A program made the position numbers and the translations under genes. Below are positions 1-9,110 of a stretch of DNA of 64,000 nucleotides, piece after piece. The notes beneath the pieces are model-generated. The model had not been told where the DNA came from. It saw nothing but the letters and a program-made list of their open reading frames with translations, and made no database searches. Source of the DNA: Bdellovibrionota bacterium. GTDB lineage: Bacteria > Bdellovibrionota_C > UBA2361 > OMII01. The stretch is taken from assembly GCA_044345405.1 (NCBI GenBank), contig JBIJBE010000004.1, forward strand, positions 32,001 to 96,000, given 5' to 3'. The first letter of the stretch is position 1, and the number at the start of each line of letters is the position of its first letter.

Positions 1-2
1 GT

Positions 3-902
3 CGCTTTACCAAATCTGATTACGGCGACGAATACGGTAACGGGCACGTGCAGCTCAGGGGAGCGGCGTGGGTCATGATGATCCCATCGCTCGTGCCGTG
101 GTCATTGGCGCTCCTTGGAACGTTATGGGAGCAACGTCGTCGACTCTCGTGGAGCGGTTTCATCGCCGACCTCAAAGCCGACCAGTGGCTTTTACTCGGA
201 CTCACCTGGACCATCAGCTGTCCCGTGCTTCTCTTCTTCGCGAAACAATACACGGCTACCTACAACATGAGCTCTATTCCCGGATTCGCGTTTCTTATGG
301 CGGTAATGTGGAAGCGCGCGACGGACTCGTCCGAGCCCTATGAACTTTTCAGCCGACGAACCACACGGTTCCTGTTCGTAGCGATGGCGCTCACCGTGCT
401 TATCGCGTCGATAGTCTTCTACGCGCAGGCGGCGGTCCCCTCCCTGGCGCAGACCACGATGGCGGTGACGATAGCCATCGGCATCCTCGTAGCGGCGGCG
501 CGCATGCCGTCTTTTAAGGACTCGATGGGCGCGATCGGAGCTCTCTCTATCTTGGCGGCGATCGGATACAGCACAACACTGGTAGCGGGAGACGCCTATC
601 TCTCCTCCCACCGCTCAACCAAGAACGTTCTCACGTACGCGGCGTCACTAGCTCCAGGACAACACCTCAACATCGGCTTCGCGAACAACCTCCCCTTCTC
701 CGCTCGATTCTACAGCGCTCTCATGAGCGATCCGACGGTTAAGGTTTCGCAGATAAACAACGAAGTTGTATCCCAAGCCACAGAGGATCTTATCATCGTA
801 CGCAAAAACAAAGGTGACTCCGACGTCGTCATGAAGGATCCAACGAAAGAGAAGATCGGGGAGCTTGGTCGGTGGCGGGTGTACCGGCGCAAGCAATCCT
901 AA
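3..902 (+). CDS. ArnT/PMT-like (GT-C) membrane glycosyltransferase, 5'-truncated by window edge
   Basis: Frame is open from base 3 (RFTKSDYGDEYGNGHVQLRGAAW...), resembling the RF..GD.YG..H...G..W segment of ArnT-like proteins; many TM helices then a short soluble C-terminal domain. Confidence 0.65.
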   Translation, partial: RFTKSDYGDEYGNGHVQLRGAAWVMMIPSLVPWSLALLGTLWEQRRRLSWSGFIADLKADQWLLLGLTWTISCPVLLFFAKQYTATYNMSSIPGFAFLMAVMWKRATDSSEPYELFSRRTTRFLFVAMALTVLIASIVFYAQAAVPSLAQTTMAVTIAIGILVAAARMPSFKDSMGAIGALSILAAIGYSTTLVAGDAYLSSHRSTKNVLTYAASLAPGQHLNIGFANNLPFSARFYSALMSDPTVKVSQINNEVVSQATEDLIIVRKNKGDSDVVMKDPTKEKIGELGRWRVYRRKQS

Positions 903-965
903 GGCGAACTACCGGCGTTCGCTCTCAGAAAGCTAGAAAGATTTAGTACAAGCGGATCAGGAATC

Positions 966-1484
966 TTACTTCTTGGTCTCTTCGCTGTTGGCTTGCAAGA
1001 GCTGCGGAGAGTCGTTGCCGGCGCTGTTTTGAACCTCTTCGGACCACAGCGGGAAACGCGTGGAGTAGCGAGGATCATCAAAGATAACCTGCAATCCGCG
1101 ACGATTACGCATGTTCACGAAGAGTGGAGCCTTAAGATTCGCGGTTGTCATGCGAGGATCAGGTCGCACAGTAACGATAATCAGAATGGCGTACTCATCA
1201 TCCTCTCGGAAATCAGTTTCACGATCTCCGATGGGAGGCTTCACATCAAACTGCTGTCCGAATTCAAACCCATCGACCACAACGAAGGCAAGATCTGGGT
1301 CCTGCGTTGATTGGAGCCACGAGAACGGAGGCTTGTGCTCAAGCATGATAAAGCTTTTCGCGGACGGAAAGCCGATGATGCCCGCCGGGAATTCAATGAC
1401 ACTGTCAGCGGGCACGTCCAAGTCTCCGAACCGGGAGCTCGGGACAATTATCATCTCGCCCTGCTTTTGCAACTCATCACTCAT
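966..1484 (-). CDS. fliW: Flagellar assembly factor FliW (CsrA antagonist)
   Basis: SRFG, FPAGIIGF, WLQS..DPDLAFVV, TANLKAPL..N motifs; overlaps csrA stop by 4 nt. Confidence 0.93.
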   Translation of the reverse strand: MSDELQKQGEMIIVPSSRFGDLDVPADSVIEFPAGIIGFPSAKSFIMLEHKPPFSWLQSTQDPDLAFVVVDGFEFGQQFDVKPPIGDRETDFREDDEYAILIIVTVRPDPRMTTANLKAPLFVNMRNRRGLQVIFDDPRYSTRFPLWSEEVQNSAGNDSPQLLQANSEETKK

Positions 1485-1942
1485 GACCCCTTACCTCGCT
1501 CATTACTTGGAGACACATTTAAAGCCGCGTTTCCTTCTGTCGCCGAGGTCTCTCCTCCACACGAGGAACAGATTCGGCTGGCACCCGTTACAGCGGCTCC
1601 ACAACGTTCGCAAACCGTCGCGCGAGCTTCGATCTGCTTACCTGGTCGTCCAGTAATCGCCACCCTCTTGGAATTACGCGTTTTTGCCTCTCCTGGCCCG
1701 GGCTTCGCGGAACCTCGCCAGCTTCCTGACAATTGCTCGAGAGCATCGCCTGAAATACCTGCCTCAGCCGCCTTCTTGTTCTCTTCAAGGATCTGGAGGT
1801 AAATCTCCTCCCGATAAATTCTGTATTCAGGTGGAGCGTCAATCCCCACTCGAATCTGATTTCCCTTGATCTCAACAATAGTCACCTTGAGATTGTCTCC
1901 GATATAAAGACTCTCTCCTGGTTTCCGGGTCAAAATTAACAT
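1481..1942 (-). CDS. csrA: Carbon storage regulator CsrA with FliW-type C-terminal helix plus extra Cys4 zinc ribbon
   Basis: MLILTRKPGESLYIGD...IRVGIDAP...IYREEIY..I.EEN; then CERC-x10-CSSC. Confidence 0.93.
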   Translation of the reverse strand: MLILTRKPGESLYIGDNLKVTIVEIKGNQIRVGIDAPPEYRIYREEIYLQILEENKKAAEAGISGDALEQLSGSWRGSAKPGPGEAKTRNSKRVAITGRPGKQIEARATVCERCGAAVTGASRICSSCGGETSATEGNAALNVSPSNERGKGS

Positions 1943-2134
1943 GACAATCCCGCCTTCCTTGGCCTAACTACTCGTTTCTCTAAACATCTAAGATGACGAT
2001 CTGGTGAAATAAGCACTAACGTATTGAAAAATTTGCGGCAAGCCAAAAAATTCAAGAAAGTCAAGTGCGTAGCTCCCTTGGGGCGTCATCATAGACACGA
2101 AAAAACCAAAACCACCGTTTGAAACCTGGCCTTT

Positions 2135-3154
2135 CTACCCCTCCAGGTACCTCTTGAGGAGAGCCTCCGTCGCGGTAACGTCGTCGACATGCACTGTCTC
2201 AACCGTGGTGTGAATGTATCGCGTGGGAACCGATAGCGTGATCGTTTTTACGCCTGCTCGGGTTCGCTGAATCGCGCCGGCGTCCGTTCCACCTCTCGGC
2301 AGAACCTCCATCTGATGCTTGATTTTGTGCTTTTTGGCGAGCGACACGAACTGCTCAACAAGCTCACGATGACAGATAACGGATCCATCGAGCACCTTAA
2401 TCGCGACACCGTGCCCAAGCGCGGTTACCCGTTGCTCTCCAGGCACGCCCGGAATGTCTGAGGCTATCGTCGTATCGAGGCAGATACCGATGTGGGGGTC
2501 AACGCCGTATGTGCTAGTAAAGGCGCCTCGAAGCCCGACCTCCTCTTGAACGGTGAAAACTCCATAGATATCGTTTTTGTTCTTCTTGAGTGCCTGCAGG
2601 GCTCGAATGCCGATATAGACCTGCACCCGATTGTCGAGGCACTTACCACTGGCGTAGGTGCCGAATTCAACGAATGGCGCGTCGAGCGTAACCATGTCGC
2701 CGATCTGAACCCGTTTCGAAACCTCTTTGCCGGGGAGGCCAAGATCCACAAAGAAGTCGGACACCTCCTTCGAGGCGCGCCGCTCCTCAAGGGAAGCGGT
2801 GTGAATCGGCTTACCGCCAACGTTCAAAACTCCACGCATCGGTCCCTTCTGAGTGTGCACAATAACTCGACGGGAGAAGAGGTTCCGAGTATCGAAACCA
2901 CCAACCTCCTGGAGGCGAAGGAATCCCCGGTCATCAACGTAGCTCACGTAGAACCCGATTTCGTCCATATGGGCGGCGAACATCACTCGCTCGCGGTTCC
3001 GGGCGCTCCCCTCCTTGAAGGCGATTACGTTCCCCATGGTATCGACGGAGATGTTGTCGACATGCCCCTTAAGCTCCCGCATAACGATGGCTCGAATTGC
3101 CTCCTCGCGGCCTGGAACGCCAGCTGCTTCAGATAGTTCGCGGAGTAATTTCAT
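2135..3154 (-). CDS. M42 family metallo-aminopeptidase
   Basis: GVPGRE, AAHMDEIG, KCLDNR, VQEEVGLRGA, GGTDAG, PTRYIHT motifs. Confidence 0.92.
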   Translation of the reverse strand: MKLLRELSEAAGVPGREEAIRAIVMRELKGHVDNISVDTMGNVIAFKEGSARNRERVMFAAHMDEIGFYVSYVDDRGFLRLQEVGGFDTRNLFSRRVIVHTQKGPMRGVLNVGGKPIHTASLEERRASKEVSDFFVDLGLPGKEVSKRVQIGDMVTLDAPFVEFGTYASGKCLDNRVQVYIGIRALQALKKNKNDIYGVFTVQEEVGLRGAFTSTYGVDPHIGICLDTTIASDIPGVPGEQRVTALGHGVAIKVLDGSVICHRELVEQFVSLAKKHKIKHQMEVLPRGGTDAGAIQRTRAGVKTITLSVPTRYIHTTVETVHVDDVTATEALLKRYLEG

Positions 3155-3376
3155 CAGATACCTCTTTTGGTTGACCTTTGATCTAAAGATGCTTACTACA
3201 TATAGGTTCGATGCGGATGGCGGGAAATGAGTATCGCCAATGGCCGAGAGAAATCAGATACTTTCGGGTATCGGTACGATATACCCCGCTCATGAAGTCC
3301 GGCTCAGAAAACCTTTGAATAGAAAGCCGGCGAAGTCATCAAACATGGTCGTAATGACGTTAATCTTAGGAGTGTC

Positions 3377-4240
3377 ATGAAACGTATAGCCCTCTTCGTT
3401 GTCACCAACATCTTGGTGGTGTTGACGATCTCGATTCTTTTAAATCTGCTCGGTATCAGGCCGTACCTGAACGCGAACGGGATAGACATCCAGCAGTTAG
3501 CCGCCTTCTGCCTTGTTTGGGGTATGACGGGCTCGCTCATTTCGCTCGCGATCTCGCGCATGATGGCGAAATGGACGATGGGGGTACAGGTCATTCCCCG
3601 CACCTCATCTGAATACGCGTGGGTAGTCATGATGGTAGAGCAGCTCGCCCGCAAGGCCGGCCTTTCCGTGATGCCTGAGGTCGGCATTTACGACAGTCCC
3701 GAGGTGAACGCCTTCGCGACCGGCCCATCAAAGCGTCGCTCACTCGTTGCTTTTTCGACCGGCCTTCTCAATTCGATGAACAAGAATGAGATCGAGGGCG
3801 TCGCCGCTCACGAGATCGCGCACATCGCCAACGGCGACATGGTGACCATGACCCTCCTTCAGGGCGTGGTGAACGCGTTCGTTATGTTCTTCGCTCGAAT
3901 TATCGCGTGGGGAATCTCGCAAAACGTTCGCGAAGAGAACCGTCACATGACCCAATTCATGGTAACGTTCCTTCTTGAGATGGCTCTCGGCCTCCTCGGT
4001 ATGATCGTCGTATGTAGTTTCTCTCGCTACCGTGAGTTCCGCGCCGATCGTGGTGGCGCTCAGTACGCCGGCAAGCAAGACATGATCGCGGCGTTGCAAC
4101 GACTCGCTTCGAACACCCGTCGTTACGACGAGGCTCCAGCGATGGCGGCGTTCAAGATCTCAGGTGGGGTTGGTCAGCTCTTCTCGACCCATCCGCCGCT
4201 TGAGAAGCGAATCGCGGCGTTGCAATCAGCTACGCTGTAA
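3377..4240 (+). CDS. htpX: Membrane zinc metalloprotease HtpX
   Basis: MKRIALF start, NAFATG, HEIAH zinc motif, NGDMVTMTLLQG, FSRYREFRAD, STHPPLEKRI; AGGAG RBS. Confidence 0.96.
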   Translation: MKRIALFVVTNILVVLTISILLNLLGIRPYLNANGIDIQQLAAFCLVWGMTGSLISLAISRMMAKWTMGVQVIPRTSSEYAWVVMMVEQLARKAGLSVMPEVGIYDSPEVNAFATGPSKRRSLVAFSTGLLNSMNKNEIEGVAAHEIAHIANGDMVTMTLLQGVVNAFVMFFARIIAWGISQNVREENRHMTQFMVTFLLEMALGLLGMIVVCSFSRYREFRADRGGAQYAGKQDMIAALQRLASNTRRYDEAPAMAAFKISGGVGQLFSTHPPLEKRIAALQSATL

Positions 4241-4257
4241 AACTATCCGCAACATCG

Positions 4258-4292
4258 AAGGCGTGGCCCGTAATGGGGCCACGCCTTTTTTT
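4258..4292 (+). terminator. Rho-independent terminator of htpX
   Basis: AAGGCGTGGCCC-gtaatg-GGGCCACGCCTT stem ending in a T7 run. Confidence 0.85.
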
Positions 4293-4329
4293 GCACTCTC
4301 GCAAGCACGTGTGGGTGATACCGACAACC

Positions 4330-5445
4330 TTAGCGCTGAAACTCTACCAGCTTGACATCGAGCCCTACGATCTCGCCACGACGGTCGAATGACCACCGAC
4401 CTATCACCCCGTCGAACGAGTGCGTCAGCAAATAATCAGGGATAGCTCCGCCGCTCTGCAGCGCCTCATGAAGAGCGCGGAACGACTCGAAGGCCGAGGC
4501 AAAGGTAAGCGGCACACTATTCAGCTGCCCGTACTCTCGCTCAAATTGAGCCAAAATCTCACGCCCGGCCGGCGTAAATATTTCGTCCGGCGCGCCGTTA
4601 TCGATGTAGTAAATCGGTGGTAGCTGCCCCTGCGCTTTGGCGCGAAACGATTCGCTTCCCGGGTGGTAGAACGCGAGCACATCCCCCTTGAATTGGAGCT
4701 CCTGTAATTGCTTCAACGCGGCAAGGAACGCCGCCTCGGGCATCACATTAAGGAAGATCGCATCCGCTCCACCTCGAACAAGTTTTAAAAGCGAGCTTTT
4801 GTAGTCGTAGGGCGTTGGAATTACCTCCTCTATCTGAATCACAAGCGGAGCATCACTCGCTAGCCCGCTGAGACGCGCGCGAATCCCCTCGTTCCATTCG
4901 GTTTGAGCCGATAGGATGCCAAGCCGCTTATATCGTTTAAGCGCGTGCTCAAAGAGTATGTGCGCTCCCCGATCATCACCCTGAATGGTGCGAAAAATGT
5001 AGTCACCAGCATCCGAGATCTGAGGTGCTGTAGTACCCGCGGCGATCGCAACCACCTTCTTCCGCTCCAGATACGGGGCGACAGCCATGATCGATGAGCT
5101 GCAGGTGTACCCGAGTATCGCTCGCGCGTGATCAATCTCAACGAGCTTCTTCGCGATCGACACCGAAGTTTTGCCGTCGCATCTATCATCCTCCACAACG
5201 ATGTCGTAGGCGTTATTCGCCAGCACCTTGTTAGCGAAGAGGATCGCGTTCCGAATATCGACGCCGTAGTTCGACGCCGGACCGGTCAGGGAGGTAGAGA
5301 TACCGATCGTCGTCTTTGGGACAGCCTCCGTGGAGAACGGGAAGCAAAGTTGTAACGCGCACACTCCCACACACCACAAAACTACCGATCGACTTGACCG
5401 TCCGAAACGGCGGGCCATTTTTTCGCGATGATTAAAGAACTTCAT
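4330..5445 (-). CDS. Periplasmic substrate-binding protein, branched-chain amino acid (LivJ/K-like) family; orphan
   Basis: Signal peptide; IG...SLTG....G, EDDRCD, ILGYTCSS, ISDAGDYIFRT, DYKSSLLKL, FDGVIG...FD..G. Confidence 0.85.
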   Translation of the reverse strand: MKFFNHREKMARRFGRSSRSVVLWCVGVCALQLCFPFSTEAVPKTTIGISTSLTGPASNYGVDIRNAILFANKVLANNAYDIVVEDDRCDGKTSVSIAKKLVEIDHARAILGYTCSSSIMAVAPYLERKKVVAIAAGTTAPQISDAGDYIFRTIQGDDRGAHILFEHALKRYKRLGILSAQTEWNEGIRARLSGLASDAPLVIQIEEVIPTPYDYKSSLLKLVRGGADAIFLNVMPEAAFLAALKQLQELQFKGDVLAFYHPGSESFRAKAQGQLPPIYYIDNGAPDEIFTPAGREILAQFEREYGQLNSVPLTFASAFESFRALHEALQSGGAIPDYLLTHSFDGVIGRWSFDRRGEIVGLDVKLVEFQR

Positions 5446-5626
5446 AGAAACCTCGGGATGGAACTTTTTATGGGATGTGCGACATCTTCTTTGCTCGCGA
5501 GATCATCGTTTCACTTACTTTTAAAACCCACAGATACGATCATACCCCAGCTAAACGGTGGGTTGAAGTTACCGACGGTATACGATACCCGAAACCTTTT
5601 TTATAAGGCCGAGCCAGCTGACGCAT

Positions 5627-5777
5627 GGGAGGGCGGTCATTCCCCCCTACGCTAAAGCTACGGGGGACCAGCCTGAGCGAACCCCGTCGCTGCGCTTTGG
5701 GGCACAAGCCGCGTTACGCACGGCGACCATGCTTCTCCCCCAGAGCTTCAGCGACGGTGGAGAATGGTCGCCCTCCC
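5627..5777. repeat. REP-like inverted doublet (REPIN-like) carrying three nested ~30-nt palindromic insertions
   Basis: GGGAGGGCGGTCATT... left arm and ...AATGGTCGCCCTCCC right arm; same arms at 36060-36178; insertions at 5642-5671, 5680-5708, 5732-5762. Confidence 0.8.
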
Positions 5778-5803
5778 AAGTGCCAGGTCGTGACTCCAGT
5801 CAC

Positions 5804-5845
5804 AAAAAACGGGGGCGCGAACCACTACGGTCCGCGCCCCCGTTT
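5804..5845 (-). terminator. Rho-independent terminator of cyclophilin gene
   Basis: Minus strand AAACGGGGGCGCGGACC-gtagt-GGTTCGCGCCCCCGTTTTTT. Confidence 0.85.
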
Positions 5846-5863
5846 ACGCTTCACGCGAAGGTA

Positions 5864-6442
5864 CTATCCCTTCTTGCTCGCGAGCACATCGTTCCACGAG
5901 GCGAGCTTCTCTTTAACCTTTGGATTATTGAAGAGGGCTGTCGTGTCACCAGCGATCGTTACCTTCTCGATCTTGTCACCCTGCTTGATCGAGTTTACGA
6001 CCTCCTGTCCTTTGATCACTTTGCCGAACACCGAGTGCTTACCATCGAGCCACGGTGTAGCGACGTGGGTGATGAAGAACTGGCTGCCGTTCGTTCCTGG
6101 TCCAGCGTTCGCCATCGAGAGAACTCCTGGTCCGGTGTGACGGAGGGATGGATCGAACTCATCCTCAAAACGGTAGCCTGGCCCCCCGGCTCCGGTTCCG
6201 GTTGGGTCACCACCTTGGATCATGAACTCATTGATAACGCGGTGAAATGCAACGCCGTTATAAAATCCATGCTGAGCAAGGTTCACGAAGTTTGCGACCG
6301 TAACCGGTGTCTTATCAGGGGTAAGCTCAAGCTCGATATTTCCCTTAGAAGTTTGAATAGTTGCGGTGAGCTTATCAGCAGCCGATGCCGCCGATGCCAA
6401 GCCTAGAAATACGCCAGCGATTGTTAGGACCGAAAGAATCAT
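5864..6442 (-). CDS. Exported cyclophilin-type peptidyl-prolyl isomerase
   Basis: [50 protein letters not shown]; signal peptide; GGGGAG RBS favours ATG 6442. Confidence 0.95.
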   Translation of the reverse strand: MILSVLTIAGVFLGLASAASAADKLTATIQTSKGNIELELTPDKTPVTVANFVNLAQHGFYNGVAFHRVINEFMIQGGDPTGTGAGGPGYRFEDEFDPSLRHTGPGVLSMANAGPGTNGSQFFITHVATPWLDGKHSVFGKVIKGQEVVNSIKQGDKIEKVTIAGDTTALFNNPKVKEKLASWNDVLASKKG

Positions 6443-6813
6443 ATGTCTCCCCATAGTGCACCTTATTTGATACCTACCTTGAGTCCCTTCCATGTCCCTT
6501 TTTTGACTCGGGGCGGGACTCGAACGTAGTTCACATTTTCAGCATCTCCATACCCGAACAAGCATCAAAGAGCTAGCCCGCATTACTCATGAAATCGCTC
6601 ACCACAGCGAGGCTCATGAAATAGGCGGATCCAGCCTTGACGATGTGAGATATCATTTGTCGATTACCCCAATATCTGTTATTCCCACTCGAGGAATCAG
6701 GCGGGGTAACCTACGAAGATTCTTACTCGGAAAGGCAGTCTTGCTGAGTTGTTGATCAGCCAAGGCGAACAATCCCACACGCATAAAAATAAGTGCAAAC
6801 GACTACACTACCT

Positions 6814-7593
6814 ATGATGAAGATTAAGTCCATTTCCCTAGCTCTCGTACTCTTCGGACTCAACGTCGCGGTTCCATCCGCGCGCGCTGATATCTCGGAC
6901 AAAGATTTTTCGACCGCGATCGATAAGTACCTTCAAAGCGACTCCGGCATGGAGAAGCTCGGCACCGCCATGGAGCGATACTTCCAGAAGCGCCAACAAG
7001 AGGCGATGAAGAAGCAGGAGCAGCAACAAGAAGCGGAGCTTGAGGATCAGTTCAAGAATCCTGTGAAGATCGATATCAGCGGCAGTCCAGTTAAGGGACC
7101 AGCTAACGCTAAAGTTACGATCGTTGAGTTCTCAGACTTCCAGTGTCCATACTGCCGTCGTGGATACGAGACTATGGAGCAGCTCGCTAAGGCGTATCCG
7201 AACGACGTGAAGATCGTTTTCAAACACTTCCCTCTTCCGTTCCACAACGAAGCTGAGCCCGCTTCCAAGGCAGCATGGGCAGCTCAACAGCAAGGGAAGT
7301 TCTGGGAGTACCACGAGGAGCTCTTCAAGAACCAAGACAAGCTCGGAGCTGAGTACTACGTAGAGCTCGCGAAGAACTTGAAGCTCGATGTTGAGAAGTT
7401 CAAGAAGGACATGGCTTCAGAGGCTGCCGCTAAGCAGATCAAGACTGATACTGAAATCGGCCAGAAGAACGGAATCCAAGGAACACCAGGATTCTTCGTC
7501 AACGGTGTAGCTGTGAAGGGCGCGTACCCTGCTGAGCACTTCAAGGGCATCATCGATCGATGGCTCAAGGGTGCTCCAGCGGCGAAGAGCTAA
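6814..7593 (+). CDS. DsbA/thioredoxin-fold disulfide oxidoreductase, exported
   Basis: Signal peptide, EFSDFQCPYC, cis-Pro loop GIQGTPGFFVNG; codon usage suggests high expression. Confidence 0.92.
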   Translation: MMKIKSISLALVLFGLNVAVPSARADISDKDFSTAIDKYLQSDSGMEKLGTAMERYFQKRQQEAMKKQEQQQEAELEDQFKNPVKIDISGSPVKGPANAKVTIVEFSDFQCPYCRRGYETMEQLAKAYPNDVKIVFKHFPLPFHNEAEPASKAAWAAQQQGKFWEYHEELFKNQDKLGAEYYVELAKNLKLDVEKFKKDMASEAAAKQIKTDTEIGQKNGIQGTPGFFVNGVAVKGAYPAEHFKGIIDRWLKGAPAAKS

Positions 7594-7623
7594 GCTCAGT
7601 CGCGTAACCACCTACGGTTATCG

Positions 7624-7653
7624 AGAAAGGGGGCGTAAGCCCCCTTTCTTTTT
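7624..7653 (+). terminator. Rho-independent terminator
   Basis: AGAAAGGGGGC-gtaa-GCCCCCTTTCT followed by T tract. Confidence 0.85.
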
Positions 7654-7843
7654 GGTTGTTTTCGGCCGGCTCACGTTATTTGCCGGCTCCCCTGAATGTG
7701 CTAGCCTCCTCCCTTCCGGAATGAGGCGACCAACCGCCCTGTAGCGCGTTCCAACCCGCGAGGGATTGAGAGTATACCGAACACATTCCGAGAGAAGCGC
7801 CTCTGGCGCAGTAAGAAGGTTAGCCCTTTTTGGGGTGCATGAC

Positions 7844-8989
7844 ATGACATCGATAGATACTCGTAAATGCTTCGGAATCGTTGTGAGCGGTGGGCCCGCT
7901 CCAGGCATCAACTCCGTTATCAGCTCAAGTGTTATTGAAGCTCACAACCGCGGCTTCGCGGTAAAGGGGCTCGTTAACGGCTTCCGTGACCTCACCATGG
8001 GGGAGCCTGGAGCCGTTATTGATCTTACCCCCGATAACGCCGGAAATATCTACAACAAGGGCGGCTCCATTCTTGGAACCTCTCGATTCAATCCACTCAA
8101 GGACGAAGAGCATGTCGAGAAGCTCATGAAGGGACTTCGTGAGAACAACATCGACAAGTTGATCGTGATCGGAGGAGAGGGTTCAGCGTACCTCTCGCAC
8201 AAGCTCGCGAAGAGTCACCACGATATCGCCGTTGTTCACGTTCCAAAGACGATCGACAACGATCTTATCCTTCCCAATAAACATCCGAGCTTCGGATTCG
8301 AAACCGCGCTACACGCTGGAACCAAGATCGTAGAGACCCTTCGAGAGGATGCGAAGACCTGTCGTCGATGGTTCCTCGCGACCACCATGGGTCGTAAGGC
8401 TGGATTCCTCGCGCTCGGTATCGGACTCGCAGCCGGCGCCACCTCGACCCTCATTCCGGAGGAGTTCGCGGGCTTCAACCCAACTCCTGAAGATATCGCG
8501 ACGATCCTCTTCTCCACCATTCGCAAGCGTGTGGCGATGAAGAAGAACTACGGAGTAATTATTCTCGCGGAAGGTATCCTTGATTGCCTCGACACCTCTC
8601 ATAGCACAGCGCTCCAACAAGCGACTCGCGATGACATGGGGCGCATCCGCTACTCTCAATTAGAGCTCGGCGACGTTCTGATTCCACCTCTCAAAGAGAT
8701 GTTGAAAGAGGCGAAGCTCGACATCCACATGATCACGAAGAACATCGGGTACGAGCTTCGATGCTGCGAGCCTGTATCGTTCGATATCGAGTACACAAAG
8801 TTCCTCGGCTACGGCGCCGTACAGCACATCCTCGGCGGTAATAGCGGCATCATGGTAACGCGAGATTTCGATAAGCTTGGGTTCATCCCGCTTGAGTCGA
8901 TGGCCGGCACCGATGGGATTATTAAGTCCCGCCGAGTGGACCTCTCGTCCGACCTGTATCGTGTAGCTCGTAGCTTCATGATCCGCTAA
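7844..8989 (+). CDS. 6-phosphofructokinase (PfkA family, short PPi-PFK-like clade sequence)
   Basis: SGGPAPGINSVI, GGSILGTSR, GGEGS, PKTIDND, MGRKAG, IPEE, AEG, IGYELRC. Confidence 0.92.
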   Translation: MTSIDTRKCFGIVVSGGPAPGINSVISSSVIEAHNRGFAVKGLVNGFRDLTMGEPGAVIDLTPDNAGNIYNKGGSILGTSRFNPLKDEEHVEKLMKGLRENNIDKLIVIGGEGSAYLSHKLAKSHHDIAVVHVPKTIDNDLILPNKHPSFGFETALHAGTKIVETLREDAKTCRRWFLATTMGRKAGFLALGIGLAAGATSTLIPEEFAGFNPTPEDIATILFSTIRKRVAMKKNYGVIILAEGILDCLDTSHSTALQQATRDDMGRIRYSQLELGDVLIPPLKEMLKEAKLDIHMITKNIGYELRCCEPVSFDIEYTKFLGYGAVQHILGGNSGIMVTRDFDKLGFIPLESMAGTDGIIKSRRVDLSSDLYRVARSFMIR

Positions 8990-9110
8990 TCGCGGCATCT
9001 CGCCCTATTCCGAGCTTCATGTCATACATGAGGGGACTATCGTTCTCGGAATCCGTTATGGCGATCCGCGCTCAGCGCACTACACCCACATCCCCGTTTG
9101 GAGGGCGCGC

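Noticed and set aside
5729-6406. 225-aa plus-strand ORF
   Set aside because: Antisense shadow of the cyclophilin gene, also crossing the REP and terminator
6504-6525. Minus-strand GTTCGAGTCCCGCCCCGAGTCA resembling a tRNA T-loop/3' end (possible att remnant)
   Set aside because: No 5' T-stem partner, no cloverleaf and no integrase nearby; 22 nt is too short to support
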